26,541 nucleotides of DNA from the NCBI GenBank assembly GCA_034670305.1, contig JAXMNT010000075.1, positions 1 through 26,541 on the forward strand, given 5' to 3'. A model generated the notes under the pieces. It was not told where the DNA came from, made no database searches, and worked only from the letters and a program-made list of their open reading frames with translations. Position numbers and translations under genes: made by a program. Source of the stretch: Deltaproteobacteria bacterium. GTDB taxonomy: Bacteria > Myxococcota_A > Polyangia > Polyangiales > Houyiibacteriaceae. Below are positions 8,421-16,974 of this stretch, in pieces. The first letter of the stretch is position 1. Each line of letters starts with the position of its first letter.

Positions 8421-11400
8421 TTGTCCATCGACCCCCACCGCACGCGCACCTTCGCCCGCTGGCCCGCCCTCTTCGCCGCCACGTGCCTGCTGGCGTGCGG
8501 CGGCGCGGCCTGCGGCGGCGCGGACGGGCCGGCGGCCACGGAGAACGAGGGCGCGCCGCGCGTCATCGCGTCCCCAGACGACCGCCCGGCGTCTTGTCCG
8601 GAGAGCGCCCCCGCCCCCGAACAACTCCGCAACGTCAGCCCGGCGCACCGCACACTCGACTTCTGGCTTGGCCGGGCCACCAACGCCGACCGCGCCCTGC
8701 TCACGCCCGAAGGCGTCGAAGCGCACGCGGCCGCGCTGCTCGCCGGCGACGACCCGCCGCGGCAGCCGGCACTCGACACGCCCCTCGACGACGCCGCGCT
8801 GCGGACCCAACTGGAAGAGCGGCTCGCCTACGTGCGCGAGAAACTCACGAGCGGCGCCTACGTCGACGCAGAGGGCCAGCGCATCACCGAGCTCGACGCG
8901 TTTCAAATGCCCGCGTCGCTCCGGCGCGTGGACACGCTGCACGTCACCACGGCGCCCGTTCGTCTGCGCTGCGCGCCGCGCGCGGAGGGCTTTTACACGC
9001 CGTCCCGCGACCTCGCGTTCGACCGCAACAACTGCAGCACGGTGCGTGGCCAAGAGCCGATCGAAGTGCTCGCACAGTGGGGTTCGCTCCGGCTCGCGCG
9101 CACCGGCTACGCGCTCGGCTGGTTGGCCGAAGACGCCGCGCTCTCGCCGCCGGTGCCTGCGGAACTGCGCGCCGCCATCCTCACTGGGACGCGCACCCGT
9201 CTGACGACCGGCGAGACGCTCGCAGGTGTGCCCGTGCCCGCGGGAACGGCGATGCCGATGACACCCAACGCCGGCACGAGCGTCTACGTCGGGACCTCCG
9301 CCGGAGTTCTCGCGGCCCCGGTGCAGCACGCGGTGCAAGGCGTGCGTCGACCACTCACCCGCCGCGCGGTACTGACCGAAGCGTTCTCACTCTTGGACTC
9401 GCCGTATGGCTGGGGCGGTCACGAGGGAGGCCGCGACTGCTCCCGTTTCCTGCTCGACATCTTCGCCACCTTTGGTCTGCCGCTCCCGCGGCACAGCGCG
9501 CGGCAAGCGACGAGCGGCACCTTCCAAGTCGACGTGGAATCGATGCCATCGCGCGAGAAGCTGCTGCTGATCGAATCCGCCCAGCAGAAGGGCATCGTGC
9601 TGCTCCACTTCCCCGGGCACATCATGCTGTACCTCGGGCGGGACGACGATGGACGCCCTTACGCGATCCACTCGTTCAGCGAGTACGTCGAGCCATGCGA
9701 AGGACTCACCGATCCCGACGGCGCGCCGATCGAGACGCTCCGCCGCGTGGACCGGGTGGCGGTCAGCGATCTCTCGCTCGGCGAAGGCAGCTCCCGCACC
9801 GACTTCCTCTCCCGCATCAGCCGGGTCGTCGTCATCGGCGGTGCACCCGGTCCCGAACTCGGCGGCGCGGCGCAGATGCGACCCGCCGCGCCAGTGCGCG
9901 CCGAAGCCGTGCTTGGTGACGCGCGGTGCGACGACAACGTGGACGCCGCCGTCTTCCGCACCCCCTTCCGCCCAAACTCCAGCGCGCCGCTCCGGGTCAT
10001 GGTCACCACCACCGAAGACCCCGGCCCGGTCACCCTCACCCTCTTCGACGACGCCGGTGAGCGCATCGACGCGGAGCTGCATCGGACCGGTGGTCCGCCG
10101 TTCGGCTATTGGGTGGAGGTGGACCGACCGAGTTCAGGCCGCTGGACCGCGGTGCTCGGCGATGGTCCGAGGGTGGTCGCCTGCGAGCGCTTCGTCGTCG
10201 CGCGGCACCCGCCCGAGATCATCCGGCGTGCACTGCAGACCCCCGCGTGGATCCCAGCGTGGTCGTGGGAGCGAGACACCGAGAACCTCTTCGCGGCGTT
10301 CGTCGAGCAGCTCTTTCTGGAGCCTCGTTTGCCCGAGGGGCAGGAGGAGACCTGGCATGGCTTGCAGGTCTTGCTCAATGATCGGGACCGCAACCTGCTG
10401 CACAACCACCTGCTTCAAGACGAAGAAGCCGGCCTGGATCTCACCCCCGACTGCGCCGACCTCCCCTACTTCCTGCGGGCGTACTTCGCGTGGAAGCTTC
10501 GGCTGCCGTTCGCGTGGCGGCAGTGCCGGCGCGGGCGCGAAGGACGGCCGCCCGAGTGTTCGGAGGTGCCCGCCACCAACCTGATGCTCGTGGACGGAGC
10601 CACGGACGTGCTCGCCTTCCGCAGCCTCGCCCGCACCCTCGGCCAGAACGTGCATTCGTCGACTCAGCGGACGGTACCGACCGCCGAAGCGAGCGACGTC
10701 TACCCCATCCCGCTGACCCGTGAAGCGCTCCGGCCTGGCACCGTCTTCGCGGACCCGTACGGCCATGTGCTGGTGGTGGCGATGTGGATCCCGCAGGGGC
10801 TCGACCAGTACGGCATGTTGGTCGGCGCCGACGCCCAACCGGACGGCACCATCGGTCGTCGTCGCTTCTGGCGTGGCTCGTTTCTGTTCACCCCCGAGAC
10901 GAGCGAAGCCGGCTCCGGTTTCAAAGCCTGGCGCCCACCGGTGTACGACCGCCGCGAAGAAACCATCGTGCTGCTCACGAACGACGAGCTCCGCGGCTCG
11001 ACGGTGCACACGCCCTACAGCAGCCAGCAATACGACGGCTCGATGGACGACTTCTACGACCGGGTCGACGGCCTCATCAACCCGCGACCGCTCGACGCGG
11101 ACGTGGTGCAGCGGTCCCTCGTCGATGCCCTCGAAGAAGGCGTCACCCGGCGCATCGGGAGCGTGGACAACGGCGAGACATTCATGCGGGAGCGCGGCTT
11201 CCGCACCATCGAGATGCCCGAGGGCGCCGCCATCTTCCAGACCGAAGGCCCGTGGGAGGACTACTCGACGCCGAGCCGCGACATGCGGCTGCTCATCAGC
11301 ATCGACGCCGTGCTGCGGTTCCCGGAAGTCGTCTCCCGCCACCCCGAGCGCTACGGACTCGAGGCCGGAGAGGTCGACGTCGAACAACGCCGGGCCGCGC

Positions 11401-11663
11401 TCACGGAGATGCTCGCGGGCCGCGGGTTCGAGTACACGCGCTCGGATGGAAGCACGGTCCCGCTCACCTTGAAGGACGTCGCCGATCGGCGCGTCGGGTT
11501 CGAGATGTCCTACAACCCGAACGACTGCGTCGAGATCCGATGGGCTGCGCCCGAGGGCTCCGACGAGGCCTCCACCTGCCGCCGCCATGCCCCCGCAGGC
11601 CAACGTACGAAGATGGCCCGGCATCGGCCCTGGTTCGAAACCCGCCAGCGCCCCGCCAGGTGA
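8421..11663 (+). CDS. NlpC/P60 (SH3b-associated) cell-wall peptidase lipoprotein with large C-terminal papain-like domain
   Basis: Probable TTG start at 8421 gives a lipobox LLA-C; YGWGG...RDCS, GHIMLYLG and IHS catalytic motifs; second DCAD...GH...DA set in the C-terminal half. Start uncertain. Confidence 0.85.
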   Translation: MSIDPHRTRTFARWPALFAATCLLACGGAACGGADGPAATENEGAPRVIASPDDRPASCPESAPAPEQLRNVSPAHRTLDFWLGRATNADRALLTPEGVEAHAAALLAGDDPPRQPALDTPLDDAALRTQLEERLAYVREKLTSGAYVDAEGQRITELDAFQMPASLRRVDTLHVTTAPVRLRCAPRAEGFYTPSRDLAFDRNNCSTVRGQEPIEVLAQWGSLRLARTGYALGWLAEDAALSPPVPAELRAAILTGTRTRLTTGETLAGVPVPAGTAMPMTPNAGTSVYVGTSAGVLAAPVQHAVQGVRRPLTRRAVLTEAFSLLDSPYGWGGHEGGRDCSRFLLDIFATFGLPLPRHSARQATSGTFQVDVESMPSREKLLLIESAQQKGIVLLHFPGHIMLYLGRDDDGRPYAIHSFSEYVEPCEGLTDPDGAPIETLRRVDRVAVSDLSLGEGSSRTDFLSRISRVVVIGGAPGPELGGAAQMRPAAPVRAEAVLGDARCDDNVDAAVFRTPFRPNSSAPLRVMVTTTEDPGPVTLTLFDDAGERIDAELHRTGGPPFGYWVEVDRPSSGRWTAVLGDGPRVVACERFVVARHPPEIIRRALQTPAWIPAWSWERDTENLFAAFVEQLFLEPRLPEGQEETWHGLQVLLNDRDRNLLHNHLLQDEEAGLDLTPDCADLPYFLRAYFAWKLRLPFAWRQCRRGREGRPPECSEVPATNLMLVDGATDVLAFRSLARTLGQNVHSSTQRTVPTAEASDVYPIPLTREALRPGTVFADPYGHVLVVAMWIPQGLDQYGMLVGADAQPDGTIGRRRFWRGSFLFTPETSEAGSGFKAWRPPVYDRREETIVLLTNDELRGSTVHTPYSSQQYDGSMDDFYDRVDGLINPRPLDADVVQRSLVDALEEGVTRRIGSVDNGETFMRERGFRTIEMPEGAAIFQTEGPWEDYSTPSRDMRLLISIDAVLRFPEVVSRHPERYGLEAGEVDVEQRRAALTEMLAGRGFEYTRSDGSTVPLTLKDVADRRVGFEMSYNPNDCVEIRWAAPEGSDEASTCRRHAPAGQRTKMARHRPWFETRQRPAR

Positions 11664-11806
11664 GGCGCCCGCGCTTGGTCGTCGGTTTCTGGATCCTCAC
11701 CCGCTTGCGAGCGCGACCGGCCTCTCAGGACGCTCCACGTAGGCCGGTTTCAAGCTGACCCCACAAACCCCATTGCGGGGCTGCAAGGGCGACCGGGCTT
11801 CCGGTG

Positions 11807-12367
11807 TTAGATCTTGCCGCGCAGCAAGCTGCCGACGACTTGCCGAGCGAAGCCGTCCATCGTCTTGCCGAACGTCTTGAAGTCCAGGGTGCTCATCAAC
11901 GTGTCGGCCAGGCCGAACGGCAGCATGCTGGGGATCGCCCCGCGCGAGTACTCGAGCATCCAGGCGTGGTCCGGAATGCGGTAGCCCTTCACCTGGTCGG
12001 AACCCAAGTGCGCGAGCGAGCCCGGCCCGTAGATGGTGCGCTCGGTCTCGCCTTCCAGGTAGCACCACATCTCACCGTCGAAGGTCCAGTCGTAGACCTC
12101 GGTGGAGTAGCGCCCCGAATGGCCTTCGGTGCCGATCGGGCTGCCGAAGAAGATCAGGTACTCGGAGAGCGACGCGTGCAAGAACGTCAGCTGCCCCATC
12201 GCGCCGCCCGCGTTGTTGAGGATCCACTTCCGCGGCTTGGTCGAGACGTGCGGCCCGTAGCGCTCCGAGAGGGCGGCGGTGATGACATCCATCGCCTCTT
12301 CGCGGGGTTTGCCCAAGCCCAGTTGAACACACTCACCCAGCACATCCGGCTCGAACACGTATCCCAT
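11807..12367 (-). CDS. ERG2 / sigma-1 receptor family protein (C-8 sterol isomerase-like)
   Basis: 186 aa from MGYVFEPD; W-x-x-NNAGGAMG, LHASLSEYLIFFG, GTEGHSGRY, WMLEYSRGAIPSMLPFGLADT-x-x-STLDF match the ERG2/SIGMAR1 signature. Confidence 0.92.
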   Translation of the reverse strand: MGYVFEPDVLGECVQLGLGKPREEAMDVITAALSERYGPHVSTKPRKWILNNAGGAMGQLTFLHASLSEYLIFFGSPIGTEGHSGRYSTEVYDWTFDGEMWCYLEGETERTIYGPGSLAHLGSDQVKGYRIPDHAWMLEYSRGAIPSMLPFGLADTLMSTLDFKTFGKTMDGFARQVVGSLLRGKI

Positions 12368-12429
12368 GGTGCACAGATACGGGCCGCGGTGCGCTGAGGC
12401 AAACCGGTGCTTCGGTTCGGCTTCTGCGC

Positions 12430-13278
12430 TCAGTGGACTTCGATGCCGAGTTCGAGCGACGGGGTCGCGGCGTTCGACTGGGCGTAGAGCACGCCCCCGA
12501 AGCCCGCGTTGATCGCGAACCGGTCGGTCACCGCGACCGCCACCGTGAGACCGAAGCCGAGGTACCGCGTGTCGCCGACACCCGGCACGTTGGTCGTGCT
12601 GAGGTCCGCGAAGAAGGGTTCGACGAGCTGCGCGTGTAGATCGATCGTGAAGCGGCCAGGTTTGACGCCGACCTGCAGAAACGCGACCAGCGCTTCGCGG
12701 TAGTGGCTGTTCACGCGGACCCCCGCGGAGCCGACGAACCACGCGTCCGAGCGCCTCACGCGGAACCCGCGGCCGACTTGGAGCTGGAACTCACCGCGGT
12801 GGTTGTAGATGGCCGGGTCGTACACGACGCGCCGCCCCACCCCTTCGCCATCCACGTGAACCTCGTCGTACAGCCGTTCGCCCACGCCCGGTTCCACTCC
12901 GTAGTGCACCTCGAGCGCGAGCGGCACGTCGCCCTGTAAGAGCGCGATCCGCACCCCAGTGAGGATCGGTCCGACGTACGCGGTGCGCTCGCCGTTGATC
13001 GACGCGAAGCCGATCGGCGTGAGCGAGGCGAGCACGGTGAGTTGCTCGGTGACACCGGCTTCGCCGTACAGGTTCAGTTGATGGTCTTGGTAGAGCGGGA
13101 TGCCCTGCGCCGAACCGTCCGCGGTGTACGCGTTGCTCCCGTAGAGCGAGCGTCCCCAGATCTTCAGGTAGAAGTTCCCCGGCGCCTGGACCCACGCCCC
13201 GGCCTGCGCCGACTGCGGCTGGGCGAAGAAGCCGCCGACCACGCAGGCCACCGCAAGCCACCAGCGGCTACTGCGCAC
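12430..13278 (-). CDS. Putative outer-membrane beta-barrel protein
   Basis: Signal peptide ending AQA-GAWVQ; alternating amphipathic strands; C-terminal LELGIEVH; GTG start overlaps the upstream stop. Confidence 0.72.
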   Translation of the reverse strand: MRSSRWWLAVACVVGGFFAQPQSAQAGAWVQAPGNFYLKIWGRSLYGSNAYTADGSAQGIPLYQDHQLNLYGEAGVTEQLTVLASLTPIGFASINGERTAYVGPILTGVRIALLQGDVPLALEVHYGVEPGVGERLYDEVHVDGEGVGRRVVYDPAIYNHRGEFQLQVGRGFRVRRSDAWFVGSAGVRVNSHYREALVAFLQVGVKPGRFTIDLHAQLVEPFFADLSTTNVPGVGDTRYLGFGLTVAVAVTDRFAINAGFGGVLYAQSNAATPSLELGIEVH

Positions 13279-14233
13279 GGAGCCACCGCAACATCTGCAG
13301 CTCGGCGCTGCCAGGCAGGAGCCGATCGGAGAGGCCGAGCCGAATCGGTCTCGGGAAGCCGACGTGCCCGCCGCGGTTGGTGAGTGCGGTGGTCAGGTGC
13401 GGCAGGTGTGAGACGTGCGGCATCACGTCGTCCGCGATCACCATCGGGTCGTACCGGGTGACCACGAGCAGCGCGGGCACGTCGATGTGCTCGAGCCACG
13501 GGATCACGCTGGCGTCCGCCCAGTAGCCCTCCGCCCCGTCGAAACCGAAGCGCGGCGCGACGACCAGATCGTCCCAGGTGCGAATGTGCTGAATGGCAAG
13601 CGCCTCCCGCACCGGGATCGGCACCGGTCGGTTGCGCGCCACCCCCGCGTAGATGTCTTTGAGTCCGCCGAGCACCTGGTGCCGGTAGAACGCCGCCTTC
13701 GGCCGATCGATCTTCAGTGCGCCCGCGCGCAGATCGATGGGCGCACACACGGCGGCCACGCTGGTCACCCGCGGGTCCTTCAGCGACGGGTCGCGGCCGG
13801 CTTCGCCCGCGTACCGGAGCGTGACGTGACCACCGAGCGACCACCCCATGATCATGATGCGTTCGAAGTGCGCGAGCTGGTGATCCTTGAGCGCCTCCCG
13901 AATGTCGACCGTGAGGCCCGCGTGGTAGAAATCGATCCCATTGCGGTCCGCCCCGCGCAGGTTGAGTCGCAGACAGCTGATGCCCTCGGCCACCGCGACC
14001 CGAGCCGCACGCATCATGTACGGGCTCTCGTGGCTGCCGCCGAGTCCGTGCACGAGCACGAGCAGACCTTGGCTGCCGCCGACCGGTTCGTGCAGACGAC
14101 CCGTCAGACGGATGGTCCCCATGTCCGGGTCCTCGAACTCGGTGCGCCAGTGGCGGCTGGGCGGAGGTCGACCGCTCCACCATTCTTTGGCGTAGGGTCG
14201 AACGGTCCACCAATGTCCTCGAAGTGCGACCAA
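13268..14233 (-). CDS. YheT-like alpha/beta hydrolase
   Basis: VHGLGGS...Y, NLRG, YHAG, GWSLGG (nucleophile), DP, GGHVGF. Confidence 0.9.
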   Translation of the reverse strand: MVALRGHWWTVRPYAKEWWSGRPPPSRHWRTEFEDPDMGTIRLTGRLHEPVGGSQGLLVLVHGLGGSHESPYMMRAARVAVAEGISCLRLNLRGADRNGIDFYHAGLTVDIREALKDHQLAHFERIMIMGWSLGGHVTLRYAGEAGRDPSLKDPRVTSVAAVCAPIDLRAGALKIDRPKAAFYRHQVLGGLKDIYAGVARNRPVPIPVREALAIQHIRTWDDLVVAPRFGFDGAEGYWADASVIPWLEHIDVPALLVVTRYDPMVIADDVMPHVSHLPHLTTALTNRGGHVGFPRPIRLGLSDRLLPGSAELQMLRWLRAQ

Positions 14234-14254
14234 GTCGATGCGTCAGTAGCTGAG

Positions 14255-15949
14255 TCAGTAGCGGTAGGCGAGCCCGATCGTGTACCCGATGTACTGATCG
14301 ACAGCACCACCGACCACGTTGTCGTCCAAACGCTCTGGGTTCATGGAGAAGAAGTAGCGTCGCACATCCACGCCGACGCGCAGCTCGAGACCTTCGTCGA
14401 ACTCCCAACCGAGCTGGAGCTCGGCGTCGATGCCGCCTCCGGTCGTACGCGGGAACCAGATGTTCTGTTCCAGTCCACCGAGTGAGGTGAGGAACCGGTA
14501 GCCCGCTCGGAAGGTCGCGCGGAACCCAGCTTCAGCGGCGAAGCGGGCTTCGAGGCTGAGCCCGACGTATCGGTAGGTCGAACCGGGGATGAGCGGGATG
14601 TTCTGACGCCCCGGCTGCGAGGGCCCGGCCGACTCGACGACGAAGCTGTGCAGGCCGTAGCCCGCACCCACCGAAAACATCTGACCATTCCACGGCAGGC
14701 GGTAGCGGCCGCCGACGTACCAGGCCCGGGAGCTCGTCGGAAACACTTCGCCATCGGCCCGTTTGCTGTCGATTCCAAACGCGCGGTCCCAGGAGAAGTC
14801 GACGCCGAGGTGGGCCATGAACCCGTTGGTGAAGTGGGCGCCGAGGTACCAGCGTCCCGTGATCTGCACCGCGGGTCCGAACTTCAGGGTGTACTCGCGG
14901 AGCAGCCCGTAGATGTCGTCGTTGTAGCGAAGCCGGCGGCTGAAGGGGTGGGCGTTGATCGCGATGTCGAGGGCATCGAACTCCCGCTCGAAGAACGTGT
15001 CGTCGCCGTCGTCGCCGTCGTCCCCGTCGTCGCCGTCGTCCACATCGTCGCCATCGTCGCCATCATCGCCGTCGTCCCCGTCGTCCACATCGTCGGGTGG
15101 GGCGACCGAACCACCGGAGGGCACGGACGTCCGACCGATGGCCGGGCTCAACTGGTCGAAGCCGTTCGAACGGATGGCGCTGTTCAGTCGGCCCGCGCTG
15201 CGTCCAGTGAACTCCGCCGACTCGACCTCGTTGCCCGTCGACCCGTCGCGCACACTCACCGTCAGGGTGTAGTTGCGGCCGCGGCGCCGGACCGTGCCGG
15301 TCAGGTAGGCCGCGACCCGTGCTGCGCGCGCGGCGGCGACGAGCCCTTCCGGATCGTCGAGGTCCACGCCTGCGCCACGCGCGGCGGCCTCCAGCGAATC
15401 CCGCTGCACGAGTTCGATCGAGCTCTGCCGCGAGAGCGCCCGGATCACCTGCGCTCGGGCGCGGCTGGCGCCTCGACCGGTGAACTCACCCACGACGACG
15501 TTGCGGGCCGGACCCGACGGCTCGGGCGTGGTCTCCACCGTGATCTCGCCGATCGACGGCCCACCAGCGCTCGACAGCGAAGACGAGAGACGAGTCGCCG
15601 CTCGGGCCGCGAGCGCGCCAATCGTGCGTGCGGCCACCGCGATGTGGGTCTGCTCGACCCCGTTCGCGTCGTGGACCCGGAAGACGGCGCGCCACCGACC
15701 GGCCCGCCGAGCGACGGTGCCCTTCACGATCAACGTCGCGCCGGTGTTCTGCGCGATGGTCACCGGGTTGCCGGACTCGCGCCGGCTGACGACTTGAATG
15801 TCCTGCCGTTCGAGCCGGGTCTGGAGCTGCCGGGCCACGCTCGACGACTGCCGACCGTTCAGGCTGATGGCGACCCCTTGGGCTTCGACAGTCGAAGCCG
15901 CGAGGATGGAGAAAACCAGAGCGCAGACGACGTACCAGCCGCGCATCAT
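14255..15949 (-). CDS. Outer-membrane protein: two CsgG/TolB-N-like periplasmic domains, Asp-rich linker, C-terminal beta-barrel
   Basis: ATGA overlap with the upstream stop; signal peptide ...VEA-Q; duplicated 'GTV-RR-G-x-x-x-x-x-x-V-x-D' domain; (DDG)n linker; aromatic-rich strands ending IGLAYRY. Confidence 0.78.
   Translation of the reverse strand: MMRGWYVVCALVFSILAASTVEAQGVAISLNGRQSSSVARQLQTRLERQDIQVVSRRESGNPVTIAQNTGATLIVKGTVARRAGRWRAVFRVHDANGVEQTHIAVAARTIGALAARAATRLSSSLSSAGGPSIGEITVETTPEPSGPARNVVVGEFTGRGASRARAQVIRALSRQSSIELVQRDSLEAAARGAGVDLDDPEGLVAAARAARVAAYLTGTVRRRGRNYTLTVSVRDGSTGNEVESAEFTGRSAGRLNSAIRSNGFDQLSPAIGRTSVPSGGSVAPPDDVDDGDDGDDGDDGDDVDDGDDGDDGDDGDDTFFEREFDALDIAINAHPFSRRLRYNDDIYGLLREYTLKFGPAVQITGRWYLGAHFTNGFMAHLGVDFSWDRAFGIDSKRADGEVFPTSSRAWYVGGRYRLPWNGQMFSVGAGYGLHSFVVESAGPSQPGRQNIPLIPGSTYRYVGLSLEARFAAEAGFRATFRAGYRFLTSLGGLEQNIWFPRTTGGGIDAELQLGWEFDEGLELRVGVDVRRYFFSMNPERLDDNVVGGAVDQYIGYTIGLAYRY
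14999..15094 (-). repeat. Coding 9-bp repeat encoding (DDG/DDV)~11
   Basis: DDVDDGDDGDDGDDGDDVDDGDDGDDGDDGDD within the OM protein. Confidence 0.85.
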
Positions 15950-16749
15950 TCGGCTCCACATACGCAGTAGTCCGACATGCGCCCGCCCGCGTTGGCGCAG
16001 TCGAGCGGCATCGCCATGTCCACTCCGCAGCTGCCGTCGTCCGCGTCCGCGTATGCGGCGGTGCAGACCAGGCTGGCGAGCCCGCAAATGGTGTCGCAGG
16101 AGGTGCCGCCCCCGCCGTACACGGCTTCGCACGCGCCACCGAACATGGCCGTGCAGGTCATGGAGCCCGCGTTGTCGTCGATGGGCATGCAGTCGATCAT
16201 CGGCGGACCGGCGTCGGTCCCAGCGTCGGTGCCGGCGTCGACCGGTCCTGCGTCCACGCCCGGACCGGTGTCTTCGCCTGGGCCCGCGTCTTCACCGGGA
16301 CCCGAGTCGACCCCCGGACCCGCGTCGCCGCCTTCGATCTGTTCGCGGAACCAGCGCTCCACGCATGCGATCTCGTTGCCGTTCAGGCGGGAGAGGAACG
16401 GCATCGGGTCGCCGCAGCCCGGCGGGATGGCGCTCGGTCCGAGCAGCTTGTCGATCAAGAAGCTCGCCTGCGGGTCGCTCATGTCCACGCGGAGCCGGCC
16501 CTCACAGGAAGTCGACGGCACATTGGCGAGCTGTGTGAAGGGGTCCACGTCGATGAGGTTGAGCTCGGCGGCCGGCTCGTCGCCCTGATGACAGCTGTCG
16601 GTGCCGCATCGCGTCGCGAAGAGGTTCGGCACGTCGATGCTTCCGACACAGTTGGGGAGTGGGCCCGACGGAAAGTCGTCGCGGTTGATGCTGCCAGGGC
16701 AGCCATACGCGAGGAGGACGAAGGCGGTGCAAAAGAGGCGAACTGCCAT
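15946..16749 (-). CDS. Lipoprotein with cytochrome c-like domain (CX4CH), DAG-repeat linker and Cys-rich C-terminus
   Basis: MAVRLF...LAYG-C lipobox-like; LF-x-x-RCGTDSCH...LNL...S-x-L-x-x-KL...GDPMP...EI-x-x-V-x-x-W pattern of planctomycete/myxobacterial cytochrome c domains. Confidence 0.75.
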   Translation of the reverse strand: MAVRLFCTAFVLLAYGCPGSINRDDFPSGPLPNCVGSIDVPNLFATRCGTDSCHQGDEPAAELNLIDVDPFTQLANVPSTSCEGRLRVDMSDPQASFLIDKLLGPSAIPPGCGDPMPFLSRLNGNEIACVERWFREQIEGGDAGPGVDSGPGEDAGPGEDTGPGVDAGPVDAGTDAGTDAGPPMIDCMPIDDNAGSMTCTAMFGGACEAVYGGGGTSCDTICGLASLVCTAAYADADDGSCGVDMAMPLDCANAGGRMSDYCVCGAE

Positions 16750-16824
16750 GGGGACCGAGGGTACCAGGGGGATGGGGGGATCCAGGGCGCGAATGCGCCG
16801 CGGAGCGGTGGACACCACCCCTGT

Positions 16825-16840
16825 TACACGGGTCGTGCCA
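16825..16840 (-). promoter_or_regulatory. Possible sigma54 promoter for the cytochrome-lipoprotein operon
   Basis: Minus strand TGGCACG-ACCC-GTGTA: perfect -24 box, imperfect -12 (GT for GC), ~75 nt upstream of the ATG at 16749. Confidence 0.3.
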
Positions 16841-16974
16841 GGTGAATCCAACAATTTTCCTGTCACAGAGTGGGGGGTGAGGCCCCCCGCGCCCGGGGCA
16901 CCCGTCCCCACCTGGCTGCTTTGCGACGAGGCCGAGCGCTGGTTGCGGTGACCGATCTGCCCTATTCCAGATGC

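Noticed and set aside
6963-8779. Long minus-strand ORFs with (DA)n, (PM)n or (RC)n runs
   Set aside because: They are translations of the hexamer tract and lie antisense to better-supported genes.
11769-11805. Small hairpins CCCC-attgc-GGGG and ACCGG-gctt-CCGGT after the ERG2-like gene
   Set aside because: Stems of 4-5 bp without U-tracts are too weak to call terminators.
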